A stretch of DNA of 63,458 nt, the filler included, from Klebsormidium nitens (taxonomy: Eukaryota > Plantae > Klebsormidiophyceae): the NCBI GenBank assembly GCA_000708835.1. It is 8 parts of 8 records of this genome, joined end to end, with 100 filler letters (N's around TTAATTAATTAA, not from the genome) between each part and the next. Parts side by side here need not be neighbours in the genome. Positions count along the whole stretch, not along the records: positions 10,209 to 26,636 come from DF237987.1; positions 26,737 to 39,221 come from DF238099.1; 6 more parts are not named here. One strand, 5' to 3'. This document shows, one piece after another, positions 15,718-28,388 of this stretch. The position numbers were made by a program, and so were the translations under genes. Under the pieces are notes generated by a model. That model saw nothing but the letters and a program-made list of their open reading frames with translations, searched no databases and was not told the origin of the DNA. Within the stretch, counting starts at the first letter, position 1. Each line of letters starts with the position of its first letter.

Positions 15718-17768
15718 GGATTACGAAATGTCCTTATCCAAGATGGCATTTGAGAAACCGACGGTGCTCTTGCCGATTGAAGTCTCAATTTATGGGAAAG
15801 CAGGACGGTGGAGATATCAGGGCGAAGGTCGAAGCTTTCAGAGTCTGTTTTTTGATTTCTAGACGTAGTCGGAGAGACTCAGAGCGGGTCAGAACAGACT
15901 CCTCCATCCCGTTCAACATCTTCAACAGGATGCCATGTCAAATATAGTCTTCATAGTGACGAGACCTTTCTGGCATGCACCGTTTTACCAGTTCTTTGGC
16001 AGCACCAGTTCCTCTGCTGCACTGTGAGACGCCGTGCCATGTAAACGTATTGGCACATCATTTGGAAGCCATCCTGCCAACCAGTCACCCATGCACGCAG
16101 TATGCCTAACCACAGCAAATAATGGCCCACGGATTCAGAAGCTTTTGATCTCTTTCAAGGTTCACATGCGGTGCACAATGTTGGCTGCTTAATTGCATGG
16201 ACAGATTGTATCTAGATTGTCATTGTCTATCATGCTAGCTAGCATGATGCCTCCTGCGTTAGCTGACCATAATCCAGGATACCTCAAATCAGTATATACA
16301 CTACACGGCCGATCAGCTATACCTACAGTATACGCATCAAGGCATGCACACTTCGCATGCTGCACTCATTCCATTTACAACTTGGGCATGCATGTATGCA
16401 ACGTCATGCATATGCTACGAGGCAGTCATGTGTGCCAAAACGCATCATATTATCCTTAATTAAACACGCCACAATACTATCCAAAGACGTATACAACTGA
16501 AAGAGCCTGTATGTATCGATTCTGCAAGTAATTAAAGCTTCTCACATGCACTTGTCAGCCGTCGGATCGTAGAGACGCCATGTGAACATACAGCAGTAAC
16601 CATTAAATCTACGGGGCGGTGACCAGGATTTCTAAGCCCCAGTTTAAATGGTAAGTCGGATTTGTTCATGGCGCCCGGCCATAATCACGTTTATATATGC
16701 AGCGTCTAGCTAGAAGTACAGAGATTAGACTGATCAACAATCGACCACCATTAATGCTTTTTAAGGCTAATGAGACATAGGGCAATGATGGCGGACCAGG
16801 CCCTAAACTCCCCTTGCTTCTTCGATTGTGCAGTTATGTCCAATTGCAATACCAAGACATGACAAGTTCTATATTTACATGCAGTCACGCATGTCCTCAC
16901 GCTTGGGGCCTGGGCCCATCCAGCGCCGCAACCGCTGACGGAAGTGTCCTGCCTTCCATCAGGCGACATGGAATGACCAAGGTATCAAGTAATACGGGCA
17001 GCTAGTGTTGGGAAACTTGCTTGTGATCGATCTTTCTTACTATAACATCCACTTGGACCGCTGGCAAGTAGAGTCTCCGCAAGTTAACCTGTCAGGGTAA
17101 GGTCAAAGATTCAGCAAGCAGCGCTGTTCCAGACAGCCCTTCAGCAACCTGTATGCGTGGACCGCGTGTATTGATAATCTTGGCAAGCATTTCCTTCTTT
17201 TTCGCTGATTTTTGGAACCGCTCTAATGCACGCCTCTTTACGTGGCCGGAAACTAAACAAAGCACGCGTCTATCTACAGCAATACCATTGTGAGGAACGA
17301 GGTCGAAGTCCCTGAATGTTTCTTTCAGTTGAGAGAAGCGTTATTTCCTCGATCTGCAACCGACTACAAGGCATAAAAGAGTAATGTGAGTCGTTCGGCC
17401 TTACTCTTGATTGCGCAGTCTCCCCTTTTCATTATTTTTGTCGTCGGGGCTTCTCCGCGCCAGGCTGCCAATCAAGCGCAAGAAGTTCATTCGTGGCCTT
17501 TCGGCTCCTCAGCTCTGCTGCAAGTCTGGTAGGGCGTTCATCGTATCAGCAAGTCATGCTTCTTGCCCGTAGGCTAACAGCCGACAAACGTCGCATCCCA
17601 GGCAGAAGGCAAGCAGACCGTCGTCAGGCAGGCTTCAATTCTGTGGAATGCCGTAGAGGCACCAGGAGCCGCCCGAGTCGACAACAGGAAGACGCCTTGC
17701 TTTTGAGGGGCAATCCCAAAAGGGTGGGCGGTGCGTACCTGTTGGCTGGAAGCAAGAAGATCCTTCTC

Positions 17769-20126
17769 TCATCGAGTTTCCGCAGAGCATCCCAGGGCTG
17801 TGGCGTCCCCGCCAAGGGGCTCATCCCAGAGCAGGGGGTAAGTTTCCCAGATTGAGAGGTGGGGGGTCGCCAACGGAGTGTTACCTGCAGGAGGCAACAA
17901 CAAAATCGTCACGAGACCGTTCCGGACCGTGGCTTTTAGAAAGGTTTCGGTTGTGCAAGAAACGATGTCAAAAGCAAGCGATGCTTCATGATGCTTCAAA
18001 GTTGTGAGGGTGCACTGAGCCCATTGTTTGCGTCAAGTGTCAAGCGTTTTGGTTCAAACGAAGTCCAAATCAGACAAATCAGATCACCAGACAACGAAGC
18101 AGCTCCCTTTCCCTCTAAGTTGTTAAATGAAGACACAAAATCAGAGATGGCTAAGCAAGCGTTTCGTCCAAGGAAGGGACGATACCTTCAGTTTTCTGGA
18201 CGCACACCGCAAGTGTGTGGTGAGGCGACGGGCGGACCAAGAAGAAGCGCCAGGCGGCTGGGTCTGGCCCGTACTTGCCCTCCCCGGGCATGCTGTTGTC
18301 ATGTAACGAGAGACCTATCTGGAGCGGCTGCACGGACAGACTGTACTTAGCTTCTTGCGCAGGTTCCTAGGATTCAACCGCATGAATCGTGTTCCTTGTC
18401 CGATCACTGTAGAGATATTGGAGGAATCTGGAGTCCCACGAGGTTGACCAAGGTAAAGCAACAAGCTAGCAATCGCCCAAACTGTGAGTGACCAGTGGCA
18501 GACTCTTAAGCACCAAGTAATGTTCCTACCATCACAACGGTTCGCCTGCTTGGAATCGTGTTTATCAAGCAGGACACTTGTGCAAGAGCTGGCTTACATT
18601 GGGAGCGCTTTGGAGGCCAGCCACAGTTTGTAAGGTCCGTGCAAGTTCGGGCTGTGGTCGGAGGTCAAAGGAGAAGCCGCTCAGAGGAGCTGCAGCGATG
18701 CCCTTTCCGATGGCCTTGACAAATGACTCCTGGCAGGAGCAGACGAACTCTGTCAGGAGAGGCTTAGAGAAAAGCGAATCTCTTTCCACTCCCTCTGACA
18801 TTTTATAACATGACCAAACGCATAAAGATTCCTGTCAGAAGCCTGGATCCGTCAAGAAGCGCAAACTTCTGGACGGGAAAGGATTGAACATTCTATCTCT
18901 TAGAGCAAAGTCTGCTCATAATGTATATCCACAAACGTGCTCATAGCAGACACAAGAGCGCCAGATGAGGCTGCAATAGGTCAAAGCTATCTTCACCAGA
19001 ATAAAGTACGCACCTTGAGAGTCCAAAGCTCCACAAATCGGGAGTGCCTTGCTTGCGGGCACTCCATCTTGGCAAGAGTCGCAGCTTCCGCTGCAGAAAA
19101 CTTCCTAGAGGCGAGTTTGAGAACATCGGTCTTCAGAAGGCGTGATGTTTCTTCGACGTCAACACCGACCTGCGGGACAACAAGCATTCGATCTCAGTGA
19201 TACAGAAGCAGAGTAAACAGGCACTCCAGTAGCGGCTCAGGATGGCTTTCTTTGCTTCTATAGTTCAAGCTCTGCAGCAAGTGAGGCTGCATTTCAGTCT
19301 TTGCAAGGTATAGACAAGCTGACAAGAGAGAGGAATTCAACAAGCCCCACCAGATTGCTCAAGGTGCAAAATTGAGAAGAGTGACTCATCGACAAGGATC
19401 AGGGCATAAGGCCTGACCTGCACCCTGTTGGCCACCCCACAGGCAATGAGCGACTTAGTATGTGACAGATTGAATTGCAAAGATGAGAGGGTGATTCCCC
19501 TTCCTCCCTGGAACAGGTTGGCGGGCCCTTTGATTGATGGCTTGCCGTGAATGTTGCAACCAAACTCGAGCTGAGAGGGATCAAGGAGGCCCCCACAATC
19601 TGCGCATAGACAAGGGCATCAGATGCGACCAAGCTGATTCAGCAACCTGTAGCTGCATTTGATTGCACTGAACAACACCACTAATAAGGAGTGGTGGTAG
19701 TAGAGGCAATCTCCATCGCACATGACCTGATTGCTTGAGCTTAATCAGGCCTTTCACTGTGTGATTCTCTTCTTATGAGTGCCTTGAAACTGTGATACAA
19801 GACACACCAGCCTACTCACATCGAGCCAGCGTTGTCCTGGCGAGCACTCTGGTAAGCAGCCTCTCCTTTCTAGCCTCCTCCGTCGCACCCTGCCCAACAA
19901 TCTCCCTCTCCTCATCATTCAAGAAGGTCGAGTACACTTCTAAAAGTACCGGGTCGTCAACCTTTGAGGGGTCGAGCAACCATAGATGGACCTCTCCAGG
20001 GCTTGGGGCGGCCCGCAAGAAGGAGCTTCCCAGCATTCGACGTTGTGGGTGGTAGCAGCTGGATGGGTACACAAGTGAAAGCGCCTTGAAAGAGTTCAGC
20101 GCTCGTAGAAGGAAGACGAGTGTCAT
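17769..20126 (-). CDS. Sfp-type 4'-phosphopantetheinyl transferase (multi-exon)
   Basis: EVHLWLL, LLTRVLARTTLARC, HGKP...FNLSHT (~19450-19520), VGVDVE, FVELWTLK|ESFVKAIGKG. Confidence 0.9.
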
Positions 20127-20518
20127 CAACACCACCAATTGACCGGCGGCAATACGATTGATGGTGGTGTTAGGCCAATTGTATGACCAGCGTTTTGGAC
20201 CCGAGTCTATCCCTTGTGTAATCTTATCTCAAGAGCGCCTCAATGTGATGGGAAAGGAGAAGTCTCGCATGAGCAATGTTGAATGAGCGCCCAAGCAAAC
20301 TTTGCTGCACAGTCCGCCAATTCAACTCATGACTATTTGAAGTTGAGCGTCCTGCAGCCTCAGGCTGCATTATGCAGATAGAATAGCGTTGAACCCAAGG
20401 GCCAGCTCCTTGCCACTGCTTGAACAGAAGAACGAGGTGGCAGTGGCAATTCAGCTTGTTGGAGTTGTTATCATCCTGACAGGTTTCAAAGGCCGCAATC
20501 TGCAGGTCAAACGTGCAA

Positions 20519-23500
20519 ATGGAGGACTTGGTCCAAGAGCCCGCCGGCATTGAGGTGGCGGGCGCACCTTCCATGCCTGTGGATGCGGAGATAGCAGAGG
20601 CGGGCGACATTGATATCATGGAGACAACGAGCTGGCAGTGGCCGACTTTAGATTATGGAGAGTCTCCTGAGAGAGTGCTGATCATAAGAAAACAGTTTCA
20701 AGATGCCCAGCGCAAGAGTGGTGCGGCCGACAAGTATCCCTTTGGAAACTTTCTGAAAGGAGTGAAGTGGTAAGCGGCTCCTACGAACCAATTGCTGACA
20801 TGAAGTACTCTCTCCCAGAATGCTGCTGATCAAGCGAATGTATGCGCTGGTTACCTGAAAGCTAGTTTGCTTATTCGTGTTCTTTCGCAGGTCGCCTGAC
20901 GGCACAAGCTTTCTCACCAACAGCGAGGATGCCAAGCTCCGGGTTTTTGACCTGTGAGTCTAAGCAACCCTCATGATGAGCTTGTCATGGGCCAGGACGC
21001 CATCAAAATACATGAAGTTGATGCCCAATGCGTACTACTCCTGATCATGATTGCAGAGAGAGCGTTTTGGCATACCACCCTGGCCATCAGAACAGAGCTT
21101 TAGCTGTTGCTTGATCGGTTCTGTCTTGGCACTCACTTTACTATAAGGCCCAACGGAGATCTGATGAAAGGAGCGGCCAGTAAGGGCCGTCCAGCATTGA
21201 AGAGCAAGGGGGATGGTCTTCATTGTCGCTGTCTCCCGTTGCAGACCGGCTGACACCCTGCAACGTCCTGCGCTCGACTCCGAAGTTGAAGGTATAAATT
21301 ATCTCATATGCTTCCACCTTGTCAAGGTAGTTATAGAATTTTGCAAATGTTGACACAAAGTCTCCACGCACTGGCTTCTATCAATCAATAATCAAAGTGA
21401 CTTTGCGCTTGAATGAAAGGCTTGATTTCAGGGATTTGCAGTATTGTCCGTCCAAACGCTTCAGGGCTGAAACTGAGTAGATTGTTTCTCTGATGCTTGG
21501 ATCTTATGATAGATCTTGCTGAGCATCCGTCACTCTGTCCATAGATGACTCCGTTGCGGCCGCCCTGACCATTTGGGAAGGGGAGATCGTCTATGATTTT
21601 GCATGGTTCCCAAACATGCATGCATCAGGTGAGGGGCATGTGTCCTTAAGTTTTCTTGTATGCATCATATCATGTCATGATTTGCAGTTGACGAATCCAG
21701 CTTTTCAATCTCGCTTGGAGAGGGTTTTTATGTCCAAATTCCCATTCTTGTGCAGTTCACTACTTTCAAGGTTAAAAGTTGGTCAACACTAAAGCCAACT
21801 TCATGGGTTCTTGGCTGCTCTTGCCTGATCTTCACTTCCACAGTACCTAGACGCCAGACTTTGTCGCCCAGATAGAGCTCCATTTGGCAAGCAACCTTTC
21901 CTTGTAAAAGAACGCTACCATATGGCTTCGCTTCCTAGATTCTTCGGAGTAAGTCTGAAAGCAATTCGGTTGCATCTGCTGCAGATCCTGCCACCTGCTG
22001 TTTCGTTGCCACATCTCGAGACAAGCCCGTCCACCTGTGGGATGCGTACACAGGACAGGTAACCACATGTCCAAAAGACCCCACATCAGTGCAACTTGTT
22101 TTCCACGTCTTCTGAGGCAACTGCCTCTTCTCGAAAGTCGGTAGGGTTGGTTGCTTGGATCGAGTCGTCCTTGCAGTGTTTCCGAGCGCACTTAGCTGGC
22201 AGTCAACTGGTCTTTACTCCAAGTGGCCACCTGTCCGTCTTGCTCACGATCATGCCTGCTGATAGGACGATCACAGAAGCCGAAGCCGTACTCAGTCTGC
22301 TTTCTGTCATGCTTTCAGCTGCGAGGCACATACCGAGGCTATAACGACAAGGACGAGGTTACGGCAGCCTTCAGTGTAGCCTTCAGCACCGGAGGCGACA
22401 GGTCAGTCTCGTATGAGACCCCACCCAAAAGCTTTTGTGCAGCTTCAAACTTGGAGAAAGCAGTACCTCTCCTCTACCTCTGCTCGTGAAGGTCACAGGA
22501 GCGGGGTTGCTTACAAAAGCGAGTGGGATATCTTGCTGGTTACTTGCTGGTTACGAACTGCTCTTGCATCTTTGCTTCTAACAACCGCTGTGCCCGAGCC
22601 TGTAGGCTGGGGCTTAGTCACATTGCGTCCATTTCGTTTTCTGCAAGATCGATTCCAGAATCCTTTACGTTGCTCCCTACGATTGCAGGCTCTGGTGTGG
22701 TTATGAGCAGTGCATACGAGTCTTTGACGTGGCGCGCCCTGGCCGTGAGTATACGGAACATATGACCGTCAACGGGGTGACCAAGGAGGGCCAGGCAGGT
22801 CGGTTTCTACACGACAACCTTAACGGATCTCGGACTCTGTTGGCAACTTGCGGTCTTCGCCTAAGCCGTTGGCATCTGGATTTGGAATTGATACATGCCA
22901 AGGTTAGAATGAAGATCAGGAACTGCAGCGGATGCTTTGTTTTGACATGGTTTAGTGGCACTTCAACGAATCTGAAGCGGAATAGAAGGAAACACAGCAA
23001 CCAAGAAAAGCGTGGTTATTCTGATCACAAAGAGCCAGTTTCTTGGGACCCCCGAAGTCTCTTTGCAGCCCAGTGCTCTCACCAACCAAGCATGGACGGA
23101 TCCGATTTGAAACTCGTGCAGGCATCATCTCCTGTCTCAGTGCCAGCCCAGACCACGGGGGCCTTGTCGCAGCTGGTAGCTACGACCGAACCGTGGGGAT
23201 CTACTCCGAGGCGATGGCCGAGCAACTCTTCGTGTTGTCCGGCCACACTGGCGGGATCACCCAGGTCCAGTTTTCCCGAGACGGTACGTACCTCTACAGC
23301 GGCGCCCGGAAGGACGGCAGCATCCTGTGCTGGGACGTCCGTTACACGGTTGGGGAAGTCTACCGGTTGTCTCGAGAGAGTAGTAACACCAACCAGCGGA
23401 TCGCGTTTGACATCGAACCCGGGGGAAGGCACTTGGCAACCGGGGGAGAGGACGGGTGCGTCAGGGTGTTCGACTTGACGACCGGGGAACTGAAGGCAAC

Positions 23501-23798
23501 GCACCGGGCGGCGCCGGACACAGTGAACGGGTTTGGGTTTCATCCGATGTTGCCGCTGGTGGCGACGGCCTCGGGGGAGCGGAGATTCAGAGTGTGGGAC
23601 GAGGACGATGAGGAAGATGAAAGAGAGGCAGAAGACGAAGGTAAGCTCGAGACGGGAGGAAGTGCGACACCTTTTCAGGATGCGGCAGTCGATCCTGCGC
23701 ATGATGGTGGGACTTCAAGCTGGAGAAGCCGATACTTTCGGTACTCTTTGACCGGCGATGGGAAGGATTTTGTTTGCAGCCCGTCCGATGCTTTGTAG
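20519..23798 (+). CDS. TCAB1: Telomerase Cajal body protein 1 (WD40; WRAP53/WDR79 family), multi-exon
   Basis: NFLKGVKW|SPDG, TSRDKPVHLWDAYTG, EVTAAFSVAF, GHTGGITQVQFSRDGTYLYSGARKD, TNQRIAFDI, typical of TCAB1. Confidence 0.9.
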
Positions 23799-26636
23799 GG
23801 AAAATACTACGGTAGCTTGCATGTTGAGTTGAAGGACAAGTGTTTCGTTGAGAGTGTCAGATCGGTCACGGTGTCACTTATCACCTGCGTCCCCTGTTTC
23901 TCGTCTGGCGACCTTTTGGTGCGCTCCTCATGTAAAGCGAACAGTCTCTGGCAGCTGTTCGCAAGCAACTTGTTCCTGGCTGCACCCATCTAAGGAACAA
24001 GAAACCCAAAACCCAAGAAAGCCCGACAAAGAGGGGTTTGCGCTTAAAAAAGTTATTCCAAGTATTGCTTGTTGCAGGCATGCGTAACTCGGTGTCCATC
24101 TGGCGCTTTGCATGCTCCTGGCCGGAAGGTCCTGTGAGTAGCGCAGATGGCGATGCGCCCAGGGAAACGGACGCAGACAGCATCATCACTCTGGATAACG
24201 GGGCCCCTGACAAGTTCTGCGTGGATGGCAATGGAGAAGCTGACCCAAGGGACACCATGTAAGAAGCTCAGCGCGGCTTTGTGCATCTTGGAAGTCAGAA
24301 ATTCAAGCGTCCGAAAAGTCCTCCGAACCTGTGAACGCCCGAGGGCGTCATCTTTCGACCCCAAGCCACGGCGGATTGGGAAAGCCAAGTCGGGGCGAGT
24401 GCGAGGTGGCCGGAACCAACGGAGCTTGGTGAGTGGACTCTGGCCTCTGCTCAAGCCGAAATCTCCAGAGTTGGCTTAATCAAGTCTCATTGCCAAGCAC
24501 TGTGCCTGGTATCATACTTCGATTCGTATCGTCTCAACGCTGACGTGTGTCGGGGAGCACCAGCACGTCATTAATGCAAGGGTCGGCACGCGCTGATCGC
24601 TAGACTCCTGAGTCGCAGCTAGAAAGCAGACTCGAGACTGTCTTACGACAAGGGGGCGAGCCCACGTGACCAAATCTTGTTTGTCACTCGAGACCCTTAT
24701 CGCATCAGTTTCAAATCGTGCCATTAAAAGCCACTTTCAGCGACAGTACTACGGTCTATCGTTGCAGATTTCACATCCGATGTGTCGAGGTACTCTTTGA
24801 TTTTGTTCAAATGTAATAATAAGCAATAGCACTGACTTGATTGCTTGAACAGAACATGAAAATCGCTTAAGTTTCCGGTGTTCTGCAGGTCAGCATCGTC
24901 TTTGCAATGCAAATGTGCAAACTCGTGCTTCCTTCGGATACATGTATGAGAGAGAGAGCTTCGAGCTAGCCTAATAGCGTCCTTGAGTCTTTAGTTCAAA
25001 CCGTCCACGATGTTTGCCGATCATAGTAGGCATGTCTCGGTGCCCATTGGAATGCATCAGGCGATCCAGCTAGTGAAGAGCGGATGCAACTTGGAGATCA
25101 TATGTGCGGGACTTGATACGCATTGCATCACGTGGGTGCGGATGGGATGCCATCCGCTCTTGGCTCGAATCTTTATTGTGATGTTGTAAGCCAGTGCATT
25201 GGGTTCTTTCACTGCCTCTTTCGAATATGTATCAACCTTTCTTTGCAGAATTAGATACGATTGGGAGGCTTTATTTCTCGCAAATAGAAAGAACTTGGAG
25301 GTTCTCAAAGGCTTGGTCGATCAGTTCAATCATATTTGAAGAAACATGTCCGATGCTCTTCGTTTATGTATCATGCATAGATGAAGAGTTTACATCATGC
25401 GGCATGCATATTGAACGTGCAGTGTTAAGAATTGCCACTTCGTAAGTCTAACGTTGTATTCCATATGCAGCTAGGGTCACGACTAAATATAGTCTTTTAA
25501 AACTAGATTTGACCATCCCAATGGATCGTTACAAATCTAGGTGAAAGAGTGAATTCATCATGATATAAATGTTTAAACTCTCCACAAGAACTAGTAGGGT
25601 ACATTCCTTCATTCATATGTTTGTTAAGAGCTAGCCTGCATATACAACTCAATAGGTCTTAGCTTGCTTGAAAGATTGCGAGATTGCGACCGTCATTACA
25701 GCTCATGGAAACACAACTACAAAGCGTCTAGCTCGAGCCGGCCAGGCATACTAATATGATCTTTCATACCCCAACTATCCATAGTGTATATACTCGAAGC
25801 TCCAATTTTGAATACCACATTGAAATGGGAAGCCATTAAGCGACATGTATACGCCCGATACTAAAACAACATGAAGATTGAAGACATCCTTGAATAGCAG
25901 CCCAATGCATATGTATGTCTGTCAGTACATGCAAGGGCATGCAAAGAAGCCCGCATGAACGGAGTAAAAGTCATGAAATAAGGAGGAGCATGTCTGTCAG
26001 CAGAGTGCATTCCATCTCTAGTACGTTATGCACTGCACAAAACGTCTAGCGCCATACCGACGACTTCATGATCTTGCGCTTTAAATTGCACTATCTAACT
26101 GAGGCGACGTCATGCCCGGCGAAGAGCTTGTGTACTTGTACCCTTACAAACCCCTTGTAACGTGACCGGCCTGCCAGCACTACACAGGCTGCACACATCG
26201 TGTACCTACATTGAGACATTGCTTTGCCGGCATCTGAAACCTCCCATAAATCCAGGCCGGTGCCCCTTTTCAAGAGCAAAGGCTGAGCGTGTTTGGAGTG
26301 CATGACCGAGTGTCCCACCTGGTGGCGCAGTGCGTGGCACTGATATAGTGGGGGTAAGCTCGGCCTGTGAGTGGATGATCGGGCAAAGTCTGCCGGACGG
26401 TGAGACCGGGACGGTACAATGAGTTGACTTTGCAGCTTGCTACGGCTGCAACGTGGCTGCAACTTAGTTAAATGTCCAACGTGGATATAGGGCGGTGCGC
26501 AGGGACGGTGCGTCATGGGAGTCATACAGGAGAGTCCTCGTCTTGTCGACAACTAGGTTTTAATATCTGAGTCATCATCTCATCCAATGCCACCGGCCGG
26601 CCTGTGCAGTGTGCAGTGCCACACTGTGCCAGTCAT

Positions 26637-26737
26637 NNNNNNNNNNNNNNNNNNNNNNNNNNNNNNNNNNNNNNNNNNNNTTAATTAATTAANNNNNNNN
26701 NNNNNNNNNNNNNNNNNNNNNNNNNNNNNNNNNNNNC
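26637..26737. other. Artificial contig linker
   Basis: TTAATTAATTAA at 26681-26692 within Ns. Confidence 0.97.
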
Positions 26738-26813
26738 TGAAATTATACTGGCGCTGGATACCGTGACTGGCGGTGTACAGAATTCAAAGATGGGCACTTT
26801 TGGCTGATTCATG

Positions 26814-27365
26814 TTATCTGGGCGACGTGATTTCAGAAGCTTCGTGAGCCACTCGAGCCTTCAGCGGGTTTGCAAGCATCTCGAGGCCCAAAACCGGCTC
26901 AGTGTCGTCCCACACAACGCTCAGAGCACGACAGGAGAGTAACGGGGATACCGCTCTTGGTTCCATGCAATTCGTGGGAGATAACACTTCCTTTTCATGC
27001 ACGTCTGCATGGGTCGTTGAGATTTGCAACTTCCGTGCCCGACGTCGTGCTTGAGACGCGTGATTCAGGGCGGCTCGCCAGCTCACCTTTATTGTATATG
27101 GGCCATGCAAACTGGATTTGTCCCAAAAGGCGCTGAACCCCTGAGCGACAAGCGACCGCACGAGCTGTCTGGTTATATGACAAAGGTCGAACGGCTCCGT
27201 AAGAGCTCGCATGCCGGCCAGAGCCGCTGCATCCAAGGTGGTCTCGAGCTTGCCAAACTCTTGGTAAGATCTTACGATAGCTGATCGAGCGCTCTCAAGG
27301 ACGGACTTGTCCATCTCGATGATTGCGAAGCGCGATTGAGGACGATAGCCAAGAATTGCATCCAT
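26814..27365 (-). CDS. Hypothetical protein (183-aa ORF) downstream of the repeat array
   Basis: Open frame with protein-like composition; no recognisable motif; ATG not established. Confidence 0.3.
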   Translation of the reverse strand: MDAILGYRPQSRFAIIEMDKSVLESARSAIVRSYQEFGKLETTLDAAALAGMRALTEPFDLCHITRQLVRSLVAQGFSAFWDKSSLHGPYTIKVSWRAALNHASQARRRARKLQISTTHADVHEKEVLSPTNCMEPRAVSPLLSCRALSVVWDDTEPVLGLEMLANPLKARVAHEASEITSPR

Positions 27366-27589
27366 TCAAAACGTTGAAGTATGATGCACAAAAGAATCAC
27401 AAGGTACACAAGCAATTTTTTGAGTACGTGTGACGTCCACCCTAAATTGAGCGAGCGACAAGGAAGCATGTTCGTCTTGGGAAAACTCTTGCGCAGCGCA
27501 ATTGAAAGTTTTAAGACTGACGTTTGAGCACAATCTGGCAGACCGTATCAGTCAAAGCGGGATCCGAGCATGCGCTAGAGCCCGTATCG

Positions 27590-28140
27590 GAGGTCGCCAT
27601 CGTGCTCTACGAAGAAGCCTTCACGACAACGCAAATTGACGGCTCCGAGCTATGCGCTTTAATAGCACCACGAAGTGCCCGGTTTGGTTCGAGGGCGGGC
27701 CGTCAATTTGCACCATCGTGCTCTACAAAGAAGCCTTCACGACAACGCAAATTGACGGCTCCGAGCTATGTGCTTCAATAGCACCACGAAGTGCACGGTT
27801 TGCATGGTTCGAGGGCGGGGGCCGTCAATTTGCATCATCGTGCTATACAACGAAGCTTTCACAACAACACAAATTGACGGCTCCGAGCTATGATGCGCTT
27901 CAATAGCACCACGAAGCGCCCGGTTTGGTTCGAGGGCGGGGGCCGTCAATTTGCACCATCGTGCTATACAAAGAAGCTTTCACAACAACACAAATTGAGG
28001 GCTCCGATGGCTCCGAGCTATGATGCGCTTTAATTAATAGCACCACGAAGCGCCCGGTTTGGTTCGAAGTTGGGCCGTCAATTTGCACCATAATGCTATA
28101 AAATGAAGCTTTCGCAGCAGTGCATATTGACGGCTCAGCT
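27590..28140 (+). repeat. Tandem array of ~4.5 units of ~118-130 bp with alternating inverted motifs GCCGTCAATTTG / CAAATTGACGGC
   Basis: Units begin near 27597, 27716, 27836, 27957 and 28088 (CATCGTGCT.TAC..AGAAGC.TTCAC...CAAATTGACGGCTCCGAGCTATG...AATAGCACCACGAAG...GGGCCGTCAATTTGCA). Confidence 0.95.
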
Positions 28141-28388
28141 CGTACCATTCAGAACAACGCATGTCACAGAGTAGAGCACGGCGTGCTTTCAAGGCAAAGT
28201 CAAGTGAGCATAGGCGGCCGGTCTCATTGCGACATCCTTCAATCTTAAGTGAATTGTGTATCTGCCTTGTCGCTTCAATAAATCTTAAGACCAACGATAA
28301 ATATGGCCTTCTAAGACGCTACGTACACTCTGCGATGCATATTGATCGACTCTTCACCTGGCGCACTGACCACAACGTCTATGAATCA

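Noticed and set aside
24900-26636. Coding potential in AT-richer, CATG-rich tracts (also 16200-16700, 47100-47760, 62800-63458)
   Set aside because: Only short ORFs without motifs; probably old degenerate repeat DNA that I cannot assign.
27590-28140. CRISPR array
   Set aside because: Whole units are repeated with no unique spacers, there are no cas genes, and the context is eukaryotic.
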